This document shows positions 56,525 through 64,000 of a DNA stretch of 64,000 nucleotides, piece by piece (position 1 is the stretch's first letter; each line of letters begins with the position of its first letter). A program made the position numbers and the translations under genes. The notes beneath the pieces were generated by a model that made no database searches, was not told where the DNA came from, and saw nothing but the letters and a program-made list of their open reading frames with translations. Source of the DNA: Phycisphaerae bacterium (lineage in GTDB: Bacteria; Planctomycetota; Phycisphaerae; UBA1845; PWPN01); the NCBI GenBank assembly GCA_030372985.1, contig JAUCQB010000088.1:9583-73582 (forward strand). The letters run 5' to 3'.

Positions 56525-58555
56525 TCAACACGCCGTTCCCGCCGGCTCCGGTCGCGGTTCTCGCGAGATCGGAGCCTCCATCGTCACGAACTGAACCTGG
56601 CCCGGCGATATCCCCCGAAAACCCGGGCGAATCCGCTCGAGGTGCCGGATCATGATCTCCGCCGTTGCCAGGGCCATCACCGGCCCGCACTCCAGCGGAT
56701 CACGCACCGCCTGTTCCCACAGCTCCATCAGCCGGTCACGACGAACCCAGTTCAGAACGCGGGCGTTTGTAGTCGTCAGCACATCCAGGCCGCCCGTCGC
56801 CCGCCAAGTCGCGAATGTCCAGGCCCGGCCGGCGTTGCCGCCGGTGCCCCACTTCCGCGTCCATGGATGGCGCAGCCCAGTCCACCAGCGGTGCATCTTC
56901 TCTTTCTGCCAGCAGTACTCTCGAAGCCACCAGCTCTCGCTGATCGGCAGACCGCTGTAGGCGGTCCGCTGCACGCGGGCCAGCCTTGGGAACTGTCGCC
57001 TGATTGCCTCCATGAAAAGCAGCTTCCCGCGGCGCAACCGCGGCGGCGTCTGCTCGCGCCAGGTGAGCATGGCGTTGTCACAGGCCGGACAGCGCACCCA
57101 GGTGTTGTCGCGGAGCATGGCCGTCCCGAGAACGTCGATCCGTCCGCTGCGCGAAGTGGCGGCGACGTACTCCGCCTTGCCCAGTGGATCGTCCGTCGGG
57201 GCCAGCCGCCAGGTCGTGTCAATTCGTTCTTGCCAGCGGCTGTAACTTTCCTTTGCGAGCGCAGGCAACAAGAGGCCGTTGATGATCGTGGCATCCCCCC
57301 CGGCGTGCAGGCGGTAGCGGGCCCAGTGGCTCTGATGCGGTGCAACACCCTCGACGACATCCTCGTCAACAGGCACATAGGCCCCGCCGACGACGCCCTG
57401 CAGGTAGCCTTCCAGCAGCACGGAGCCGCAGTGTCGCGAGAGGTGGCCTTTCATCATGGCCGCCGGGGCCATGTGGGCAGCAGTGTGCAGCCCGTCGGTG
57501 GCGATGATCGCCTCTAAGAGCCGTTCGGGCAGATCCTTCTCGTGCAGCGGAACCCACTGATGTGCCGCCCCGGCCGCCCGTGCCAGGCTTCGACCGTAGC
57601 GGACGTCGTCCGAGAACGACCAGCCGACCGTGAAGCACGACGGCAACCGGCCGATCTCCTTGCACATACCCAGCAGCATTCGCGAATCGAGACCTCCGCT
57701 GATCCCCAGCAGAAGGGGTGCTTCACAGTCCGTGTGACGCCGGACCGTGCTGGAGAGAATCGACGTGTATTGCTGGATGGCCTGCTCGCGGTCGCAGTCC
57801 TGTGCATCAACGAAGCGGAAATCCCAGTGCCGCTGCGTTCCGCAATGACCCGGCGACCAGCGCAGCACGTGGCCGCTCTTGAGCCAGTTGACTCCTTCAA
57901 TCAGCGTGTGTTCGTCCGTCATGTTCTCGCAGCGGAGCAGGTCGCAGAACCCGGCGTCGCTGAGAGTCAGCGCCTCACCGGTCGCTTGCCACACGACGCG
58001 GGCTGTCGGACCGATCACCAGGCGGTCGGCTCGTGCGGCATAGAACACGGGAGTCAGCCCGAGCTTGTCATTGAACACATTCCATTGGCGTCGCGACTGC
58101 TCGTACCACGCACCGCAGAATGCGCCGTCGATCTTTTCGAGAATGTCGAACCCTTGGGATTGCAGGCGACGCAGAACAGCTTCCGCGATCACCTCGCGCG
58201 AGTGCGCCCGGCCGTGAATCCATTCGGCAGGCAGGAACATCTCGCCGGCCCATAGCAGCACGTCGCGGCCGTCGGTGTAGGCGCAAGCCCCGGAGGTTGG
58301 CTCGGCCGACTTCATCGCGACGGCAGCCGCCGCCCAGTTGACCCCGGCACAGGCCTGGGTTTGAACGGCGCCGGCCTCCCGGTTCTCCGGCGACAAGACG
58401 CCGAGGGCATCGAGCATCCCGGCCACGAAGACGCGGGCCTGCCCGGCTCGCGGATCACAAACCAGAACAACTCCCGGACTCAATACGAGGCCTCCTGCGT
58501 GCTCCGCAAAGTGCAGTACGTGCTGCCCGCCCGGCGCGTACACCGAGCCCTGCAA
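56525..58555 (-). CDS. Asparagine-synthase-like amidoligase lacking the N-terminal Cys nucleophile
   Basis: The PP-loop is LLLGISGGLDSRMLLGM. The N-terminus is MQGSVYAPGG... with no Cys2. The protein is 676 aa. Confidence 0.7.
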   Translation of the reverse strand: MQGSVYAPGGQHVLHFAEHAGGLVLSPGVVLVCDPRAGQARVFVAGMLDALGVLSPENREAGAVQTQACAGVNWAAAAVAMKSAEPTSGACAYTDGRDVLLWAGEMFLPAEWIHGRAHSREVIAEAVLRRLQSQGFDILEKIDGAFCGAWYEQSRRQWNVFNDKLGLTPVFYAARADRLVIGPTARVVWQATGEALTLSDAGFCDLLRCENMTDEHTLIEGVNWLKSGHVLRWSPGHCGTQRHWDFRFVDAQDCDREQAIQQYTSILSSTVRRHTDCEAPLLLGISGGLDSRMLLGMCKEIGRLPSCFTVGWSFSDDVRYGRSLARAAGAAHQWVPLHEKDLPERLLEAIIATDGLHTAAHMAPAAMMKGHLSRHCGSVLLEGYLQGVVGGAYVPVDEDVVEGVAPHQSHWARYRLHAGGDATIINGLLLPALAKESYSRWQERIDTTWRLAPTDDPLGKAEYVAATSRSGRIDVLGTAMLRDNTWVRCPACDNAMLTWREQTPPRLRRGKLLFMEAIRRQFPRLARVQRTAYSGLPISESWWLREYCWQKEKMHRWWTGLRHPWTRKWGTGGNAGRAWTFATWRATGGLDVLTTTNARVLNWVRRDRLMELWEQAVRDPLECGPVMALATAEIMIRHLERIRPGFRGISPGQVQFVTMEAPISREPRPEPAGTAC

Positions 58556-58682
58556 CAGTGCGTCATCACTATATCGGTCGTTAGGAAGTCGATCTGAGGC
58601 TATCGGAAGGGCCGATAATGCAGATCCGAACGACCCGCGTTGATCGAGAGGGCCGACGGGGGCGTCGGCCCCACTTCATGGG

Positions 58683-59741
58683 TCATTCCCTGCACGCCGC
58701 GTCGATGTCGCTGTCGGCGAACGTGGCGTGCCAGCGATGGGGGGTGCAAAGCTCGCCCGCCAGCGGGCTGATCCACAACGGCAGGTCCTGGCGAGGCAGG
58801 AAGCGGTTGGCTTTCAGTGCGTCGGCCAGCACCGAATCATCACCGGCCAGGCAACTGATTTGCACCGCGCCCTCGGACGACAGCCTCGCAACGATGACGC
58901 TCACCAGCCATTGCCAGACATCCGGGCGGTCCCACGGTGCGAGAATGTCCACGATGCGGCCGTCGATTCGGTCGCCGGAGCCTCGGCAAGTCCGCCAGAT
59001 GACGTAGCCGGCAGGCCCGGCCGCGTCGCGGGCAATCGTCAAACGGTAGTGCCCGGCCGGGTGGGCCTTGAACAGCCAGCGCAGAGCCTCGGCCGAGCGA
59101 TCGAAGCGGCAGAATGCCCCGCTGGGGCTCTGATGTTGCCGCGCCAAAACGGCATCAAGCTCGTGCCAAGGGTCATCAGCCGGGGATGCTCCCAGCGGCG
59201 TCAGCGACCAGCCTTCCGGGATGGGCCATTGCACCGCGTGGTAGCGAACGACGCGAGCCAACTCGGTCGCGATTCGGCGGCCCAAGCCGGCGTCATCGCA
59301 GGTGCCGCCTGCTCGGACATTGAGCTTGAAGACCGACAGGCTCTCCTGCTCGGCCCACTGCAGCGCGGGCAAGGCTTGTCGTGTGTCGGCGGTACCCTGA
59401 ATGGTCATCAGGACTCGGCAGGTTTTCTGTGCCTCGCGAAGCAGGAAGATGCCAATGCCGCGGCTGCGGAGATCCTCGCGAACTACCCAATCCACGAACC
59501 ATCCTCCGGAAAGCTCGCCGGGCTCGGGCGAATCGACGTGGACCGTCGCGGGCATCACCCCGATATGCCCGACGATCCGGCCGTCAATCTCGGCAACGAT
59601 GGACTTGCCGCAGCCATTCAGACGGCCGGGCGAATTCCAGAATTTCCATCGCAGCGTGTCGGCGGTGTGCGGCATGCCGCCAGCAGTCAGAAACGCCGCC
59701 AGCGCGTGCAGCTCATCGGATCTGGTCGCTCGGATCTTCAT
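58683..59741 (-). CDS. GNAT-like N-acetyltransferase family protein (two-lobed, about 350 aa)
   Basis: It starts MKIRATRSDELHALAAFL and has an acetyl-CoA-pocket-like REDLRSRGIGIFLLREA. An alternative GTG start lies at 59753. The call is from general resemblance only. Confidence 0.5.
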   Translation of the reverse strand: MKIRATRSDELHALAAFLTAGGMPHTADTLRWKFWNSPGRLNGCGKSIVAEIDGRIVGHIGVMPATVHVDSPEPGELSGGWFVDWVVREDLRSRGIGIFLLREAQKTCRVLMTIQGTADTRQALPALQWAEQESLSVFKLNVRAGGTCDDAGLGRRIATELARVVRYHAVQWPIPEGWSLTPLGASPADDPWHELDAVLARQHQSPSGAFCRFDRSAEALRWLFKAHPAGHYRLTIARDAAGPAGYVIWRTCRGSGDRIDGRIVDILAPWDRPDVWQWLVSVIVARLSSEGAVQISCLAGDDSVLADALKANRFLPRQDLPLWISPLAGELCTPHRWHATFADSDIDAACRE

Positions 59742-59753
59742 GCTTTCACACAC

Positions 59754-60821
59754 TCACGCGCAACACACAGTCTCAGCGTCGGGCAGAGCCGTTCCGGCCG
59801 AGTCGTCCGTGGTTTGCCGTTCTCCCCGAGACAACCCGCTTCGGCACGCGCAAACAAGATCGTAGTACTCGCGTGCCGTGACCGGCAGGACGCCGTTTTC
59901 GTTGACCAGGAAATCGAGCACCCCTGACAGTCGATCCAGAAATGCGTCCCTTGCGCGGCGATCGGGCACATAGGGCGTGCCGCCGATGCCGATGTTCGAG
60001 CTGTGAAACGTCAGATGGTACAACTCGGTGCCTCGCCGCAACAACGCCCGACAAAGACAAATCATGTCATCCAGACTGGTCAGCTCCGGATTGAGCCGGA
60101 TCAGCCGAAGCAGCCGCATCCGATATAGCAAGCCGACCAGACGCAGCCTTCGCAGTCGAGTTCTCGCCAGCCGCCGATACAGACGACCGGCCCTCTCGAA
60201 ATTCGGAGTGCTGAAACCCGCGCTGATCGGCACGCAGAGCAACTCGCCGGTCGGTTTGGGCTCAAGCATGCTCTCGCTGCCCAGCCAGTAAGGATTCAGC
60301 GGGGCATCGAAGTAATCAGGCCCGCCGAATGGAGTGTGCGACACGAACGGACAGACGCTGGTCTCGACCCGGTAGCCAAGCTCGAGAAGCAAAGGCGTGT
60401 GCATGGCGCTGCTGCCATAGCGGCCCGACCGGTATGCGATCGGTTGAACGCCGAACCGCTCGCGGATTTGCCGCGTCAGAGTGGTCAGTTTGCTGCGTAC
60501 CAGATCGGTGGCGAGCATGCACGGCATCGAGTGAGCATCGTCAGCGGGCAAACCTGCACGAGGCTCGGTGACCCACGGATGCAGATGGCCGCCGATATCG
60601 CAGCGGCCTTCCTCCAGGAAGCGTCGCAGGTGCCCGCTGCCGACACGATCCATGACCACCGGCGTGGTCACCTGATACGTCGGCCGGACTCCGAAGCGGT
60701 CGAAGATCTCCTGAAGACGCGGCAACTCGGCCAGGTGCCCCAGGGACCAGTCACGCGTGGGGTAACGGCCTCTGAAGAGCCCTTCTTCCTCCGTATCGAT
60801 GTTGACCATCAACCTGGCCAT
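59754..60821 (-). CDS. Polysaccharide-deacetylase-like (WalW-type) protein
   Basis: The ATG at 60821 lies 5 nt after the upstream stop. MARLMVNIDTEEEGLF ... FGVRPTYQVTTPV ... GGHLHPW resembles NodB-fold/WalW-like proteins of glycan loci. The call is weak. The longer ORF reaching 61082 overlaps the upstream gene. Confidence 0.5.
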   Translation of the reverse strand: MARLMVNIDTEEEGLFRGRYPTRDWSLGHLAELPRLQEIFDRFGVRPTYQVTTPVVMDRVGSGHLRRFLEEGRCDIGGHLHPWVTEPRAGLPADDAHSMPCMLATDLVRSKLTTLTRQIRERFGVQPIAYRSGRYGSSAMHTPLLLELGYRVETSVCPFVSHTPFGGPDYFDAPLNPYWLGSESMLEPKPTGELLCVPISAGFSTPNFERAGRLYRRLARTRLRRLRLVGLLYRMRLLRLIRLNPELTSLDDMICLCRALLRRGTELYHLTFHSSNIGIGGTPYVPDRRARDAFLDRLSGVLDFLVNENGVLPVTAREYYDLVCACRSGLSRGERQTTDDSAGTALPDAETVCCA

Positions 60822-60825
60822 GCGC

Positions 60826-62067
60826 TCATCCCGGAAACACGATCGGCTCGGCTCTCGAGCGATCGACCAATGCGGCTCGCGAGCAGCATCGCTTTGCCGC
60901 GAGCTCACCAAGCAGGGTGAGCCACTGTCTTCCCACTTGGCCGGTTTCGTGACGCTGCAGCGCAAGGGTCTGCGCCTTCTGGCCAAGGCGAATACGTTCG
61001 TCTTGATCCTCCGCCAAGTGATCCAGCGCTTTGGCCAGTGCCGTCGCATCGCCGACCGGCACGCAAACGCCCGCCTCGCCATTATCGATCAGCTCGGGCA
61101 GGCCGCCGGCATCGGACACGACAACCGCCTTGCCGGCCGTCATCGCCTCCAGCACCGTGTTGCTCGACGACTCCCGCCGCGAGCACACGGCCACAATGTC
61201 CATCTCCGCATACGCCGCCGCCGTGTCGGGCGTACTCGGTCGAAAGTCGACGCGATCGGCGACACCCAACTCGTCGGCCAGCTTCGCGAGCGAGTCCCGC
61301 AACGACCCCTCACCATAGATCAGCAGTCGAGCCATGCGCCGGTGTCGCATCGCGGCCAGCGCACGGATCAGCACATCGATTCGCTTCTCATCCGCCAGGC
61401 GGCCGAGGTAGCCGATGACCACACAGTCCTGCGAAGGTTGTCGAACAATCACGCGACTGACCAGAGGCGCGGCGTTGACGATGACGCGGCCCTTGCTTCG
61501 TGGATAGCCATAGATACGCTCGTATTCCTGCCGGACGAACTCGCTGTTGTAAATGATTCGAGTCGCGAAAGCCGCGGCAATCCGCGTCTCGAGGATTTGC
61601 CGCCGGTTGTGCAGGCCAAGCCCGGGCAACAGTCCGAAGAGATGACGCCCGGTTGGAACGAAATCGCGGATCCAGGGCATCGTCCGATGGGTCATCGCCA
61701 CCGGCGTGCCGGCCAGCGTCGCCCCGACGACCGATGCGCGAAATGGTGTATTGGAAGACTGCACAAACAGTGCCACGTCAGGACGATGCTCACGAAACCA
61801 ACGCCGTCGGGCGATGATTGTTGGTAATCGATAGCGTCGATCTCCGGCCAGGTCGGCGTCCACCCAATCGACCTGCTGCACGTCGAGCGAGCCGCCGATC
61901 CCGTCGAAGATGTCCTTGCCGGACAATGCCACCGTGACTCGCCAACCCGCCGTACAGGCGGTCTCGACGAGAAAACTCGCAAATGTCTGCATCCCGCCGA
62001 TGCGCAGCGGATTTGCCGTGACCAATGCCAGGTGAAGCGGTCGGCTTGGGGCGGGATCGGTCGTCAT
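60826..62067 (-). CDS. Glycosyltransferase family 4
   Basis: It carries LHLALVTANPLRIGGMQTF at the N-terminus and SRRESSSNTVLEAMTAGKAVVVSDAGG at the C-terminus. Confidence 0.8.
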   Translation of the reverse strand: MTTDPAPSRPLHLALVTANPLRIGGMQTFASFLVETACTAGWRVTVALSGKDIFDGIGGSLDVQQVDWVDADLAGDRRYRLPTIIARRRWFREHRPDVALFVQSSNTPFRASVVGATLAGTPVAMTHRTMPWIRDFVPTGRHLFGLLPGLGLHNRRQILETRIAAAFATRIIYNSEFVRQEYERIYGYPRSKGRVIVNAAPLVSRVIVRQPSQDCVVIGYLGRLADEKRIDVLIRALAAMRHRRMARLLIYGEGSLRDSLAKLADELGVADRVDFRPSTPDTAAAYAEMDIVAVCSRRESSSNTVLEAMTAGKAVVVSDAGGLPELIDNGEAGVCVPVGDATALAKALDHLAEDQDERIRLGQKAQTLALQRHETGQVGRQWLTLLGELAAKRCCSRAALVDRSRAEPIVFPG

Positions 62068-62068
62068 C

Positions 62069-63025
62069 TCAGGACGCCTCCTGGATTGCCGGCTGCAGCG
62101 ACCCGGCCAATCGATCCCACCAACGCAGGATTCTCATCGGAATGTGCCGTCTCCTCCAGAGTTGCCGGATTTGCGGGTCGTGCGGGGCAATGGCCATCGC
62201 TAGCCGAAGAAGACGCCGATAATCAGCCGGCTCGCGCCGCCAGTACGAATCCAGCACCGTCCGCAGCACCGGCTCGATCATGTGCTTCTGCACCGACTCG
62301 GCCGGCAGCGCCGCGAACGCCTCCGGGCAGCATCGCCGGAAGTAATCCTGGGCCAGCCAGTGGACGTACGCCATGTGCGCGCGGCGGCGGGTGATGTTCG
62401 TCGAATGCTGGTTCATGATGTACAGCGGCTCGGACAGGTAGACGAAATCGCAGCACGTGGACGCCAGCAGCGACATGCCGAAGTCCTCGGTGCCGAACAA
62501 GTCGTCCTGGTAGTTGCCCAGTTCAAGAATCACCGACCGCCGCAGCATGGTGGACGCCCCGCACACCGGGTTGCGCTCGAAGACAATCTGCGTACATCGA
62601 CCGACAGCCGTCTCGGCGCCTTGTCGCTGGCAGGACGGACGGCTCCCATCGACCCAGCGAGCCAGCGAGCCCGTATGGACCAGCGTGTGTGGGTCGCTGT
62701 TCTCCAGCACGGCCAATTGCTTCTCGTGCTTGGTCAGGTCAACGGTGTCGTCAGCATCCACAAAGGCGATGTATTCGCCGCGAGCCTCGCTCACACCCAG
62801 CCGGCGAGCCGCTCCCGGTCCTCGCGAAGGGTTCCTGAGCACTCGCACGCGAGCGTCAAACGCCGCAGCCACTGCAACGCTTCGATCGGTACTGTCATCG
62901 TCGACGACCAGCACCTCAAGCGGCGGGACGGTCTGGCGCAAGACGCTGTCAATCGCATCCGGGAGCGTCTCCTCCGCGTTGAGGCACGGAATGATGACCG
63001 TGACAGGTGCGTCGGACAGGCTCAC
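62069..63025 (-). CDS. Glycosyltransferase family 2
   Basis: It carries VTVIIPCLNAEETLPDAIDSVLRQT, VVDDDSTDRS and the FVDADD (DxD) motif. The GTG start overlaps the upstream stop (GTGA). Confidence 0.85.
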   Translation of the reverse strand: MSLSDAPVTVIIPCLNAEETLPDAIDSVLRQTVPPLEVLVVDDDSTDRSVAVAAAFDARVRVLRNPSRGPGAARRLGVSEARGEYIAFVDADDTVDLTKHEKQLAVLENSDPHTLVHTGSLARWVDGSRPSCQRQGAETAVGRCTQIVFERNPVCGASTMLRRSVILELGNYQDDLFGTEDFGMSLLASTCCDFVYLSEPLYIMNQHSTNITRRRAHMAYVHWLAQDYFRRCCPEAFAALPAESVQKHMIEPVLRTVLDSYWRREPADYRRLLRLAMAIAPHDPQIRQLWRRRHIPMRILRWWDRLAGSLQPAIQEAS

Positions 63026-64000
63026 GCCGGCACCTCCGTGGGCTCACAGGTTGCCGCGATCGGCTGCTCGCATCTCGATTCATCGCCGCCGGCGACCACC
63101 TGCCACTCGCGGGGCTGGTACACCGGACCGTCGGTTGCCCCATCGGACACAACATTGATTCGATATGCGCGATCGTGCCAGTCGTGCTCGGGCAGGCCTT
63201 TCTCGTCGGCCAGAGCCACGCCGATCTGGTAGACGCCTTCGCCAAGCGCCAACCGAGGCAGATCGACCGCCAGTGTTCCTGTCCCGACGCATCGACCGAG
63301 ACGAAGACCATCTCGCAGCGATTCGAACTGGTAGAAGAGCCCCGCGCCGAACATGTGGGCCGAGATCACGAAATTCGGGTCGTCGATCCCGCCGGTGGCC
63401 GGGTCGATGGTGTAGTCGATCTCCAGCCGCATGGGCTGGCCGGAGGTGAACGTCCGAGCCGGTCGGCCGCTCCCGTCGAGTATCCGGACGGCCGTGATGC
63501 GAGCCCCACTGTCGATTCGACCGCGACCGCCGATGTGTGAATTCTCAATGCCGGTGGGGTTGGCATCCTCCATATCGCTGACCAGGCGGCTGTACTCGGC
63601 GATGGCAGCATCGGGCGAGCCTTCGAGCCGCACACGGCCATGGTCGAGCAGCACCACCCGATCGCAGAAGCGCTTGATCGCCGCCAGGTTGTGCGACACG
63701 AACAGTACCGACGTTCCGCGTCTCAGGAAACCGCGCATGGCATCCATGCACTTGGCCTTGAATTGCACGTCGCCGACCGAGAGCACCTCGTCGACCAGTA
63801 GTACTTCGGGCTCCATGTGCGCCGCGATCGAAAAACCCAGGCGGACGTACATGCCCGAGGAGTACCGTTTGACCGGCATGTCGAGGAACTCGCCGATCCC
63901 GGAGAACTCGACGATCTGATCGAACTTGCGGCGGATTTCGCTGTGCCGCATGCCGAGAATCGCACCGTTCACAAAGATGTTCTCGCGCCCGCTCAGGTCA
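63022..64000 (-). CDS. Polysaccharide/O-antigen ABC exporter ATP-binding protein (Wzt/TagH-like), 5'-truncated by the window edge
   Basis: The frame stays open to position 64000 (…DLSGRENIFVNGAILGM…). It has the signature YSSGMYVRLGFSIA and Walker B LLVDEVLSVGD. An extra C-terminal domain of about 150 aa follows, as in Wzt. The N-terminus, including Walker A, lies outside the window. Confidence 0.8.
   Translation of the reverse strand, partial: DLSGRENIFVNGAILGMRHSEIRRKFDQIVEFSGIGEFLDMPVKRYSSGMYVRLGFSIAAHMEPEVLLVDEVLSVGDVQFKAKCMDAMRGFLRRGTSVLFVSHNLAAIKRFCDRVVLLDHGRVRLEGSPDAAIAEYSRLVSDMEDANPTGIENSHIGGRGRIDSGARITAVRILDGSGRPARTFTSGQPMRLEIDYTIDPATGGIDDPNFVISAHMFGAGLFYQFESLRDGLRLGRCVGTGTLAVDLPRLALGEGVYQIGVALADEKGLPEHDWHDRAYRINVVSDGATDGPVYQPREWQVVAGGDESRCEQPIAATCEPTEVPA

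Noticed and set aside
56523-56690. N-terminal 56-aa extension of the glycosyltransferase ORF 54981-56690
   Set aside because: It would overlap the upstream AsnB-like gene by 166 nt. The internal ATG at 56522 sits 2 nt after that gene's stop, matching the tight coupling seen across the locus.
60822-61082. N-terminal 87-aa extension of the deacetylase-like ORF 59754-61082
   Set aside because: It overlaps the upstream GT4 gene and is Arg/Trp-rich with no homology-like features. The ATG at 60821 lies 5 nt after the upstream stop.

Overview
This is a GC-rich (roughly 60-65% by eye, not computed) bacterial chromosomal window. The gene content includes an FGly-type sulfatase, Tat and lipoprotein signals, and giant secreted proteins with DCNGNG-type, thrombospondin-type-3 and dockerin-like repeats. 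That mix looks most like a Planctomycetota/PVC-type genome, but this is inference only. I can support one tRNA (tRNA-His, minus strand, 301-375) and about 43 protein-coding genes. I saw no rRNA, CRISPR array, transposase or integrase.

Positions 1-40,000 mix housekeeping genes (rluD, cysK, rpsU, a second pseudouridine synthase, mntP, a beta-CASP RNase) with accessory-looking content:
- a 2,164-aa mosaic surface protein
- a 1,293-aa gingipain (C25)-like protein
- a 566-aa Asp-box propeller protein
- a run of five unrecognisable ORFs (19.1-23.3 kb)
- three unusual fusion enzymes: cNMP-binding + acetate kinase + PduL; exported O-methyltransferase + GDPD; NagB + LmbE

Positions 40,589-64,000 are one long minus-strand glycan (EPS/O-antigen-type) locus of at least 16 genes. 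Many junctions show ATGA/GTGA start-stop overlaps. The locus is interrupted only by one plus-strand lipoprotein gene, and it runs off the right edge of the window.

The observations I rate highest:
1. A Cys-containing, dockerin-like C-terminal module is shared by all three large secreted proteins, and no cohesin-like partner is visible.
2. A G-rich heptanucleotide repeat (GGGTTCA-like) occurs twice inside the glycan locus. One copy is inside an in-frame insertion in the CapK-like gene.
3. The tripartite cNMP-AckA-PduL fusion.
4. The C25-like protein does not show the expected His/Cys catalytic motifs.

All domain calls come from motif recognition by eye. No HMM or BLAST search was possible. 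Many start codons are my own choices within the supplied ORFs.
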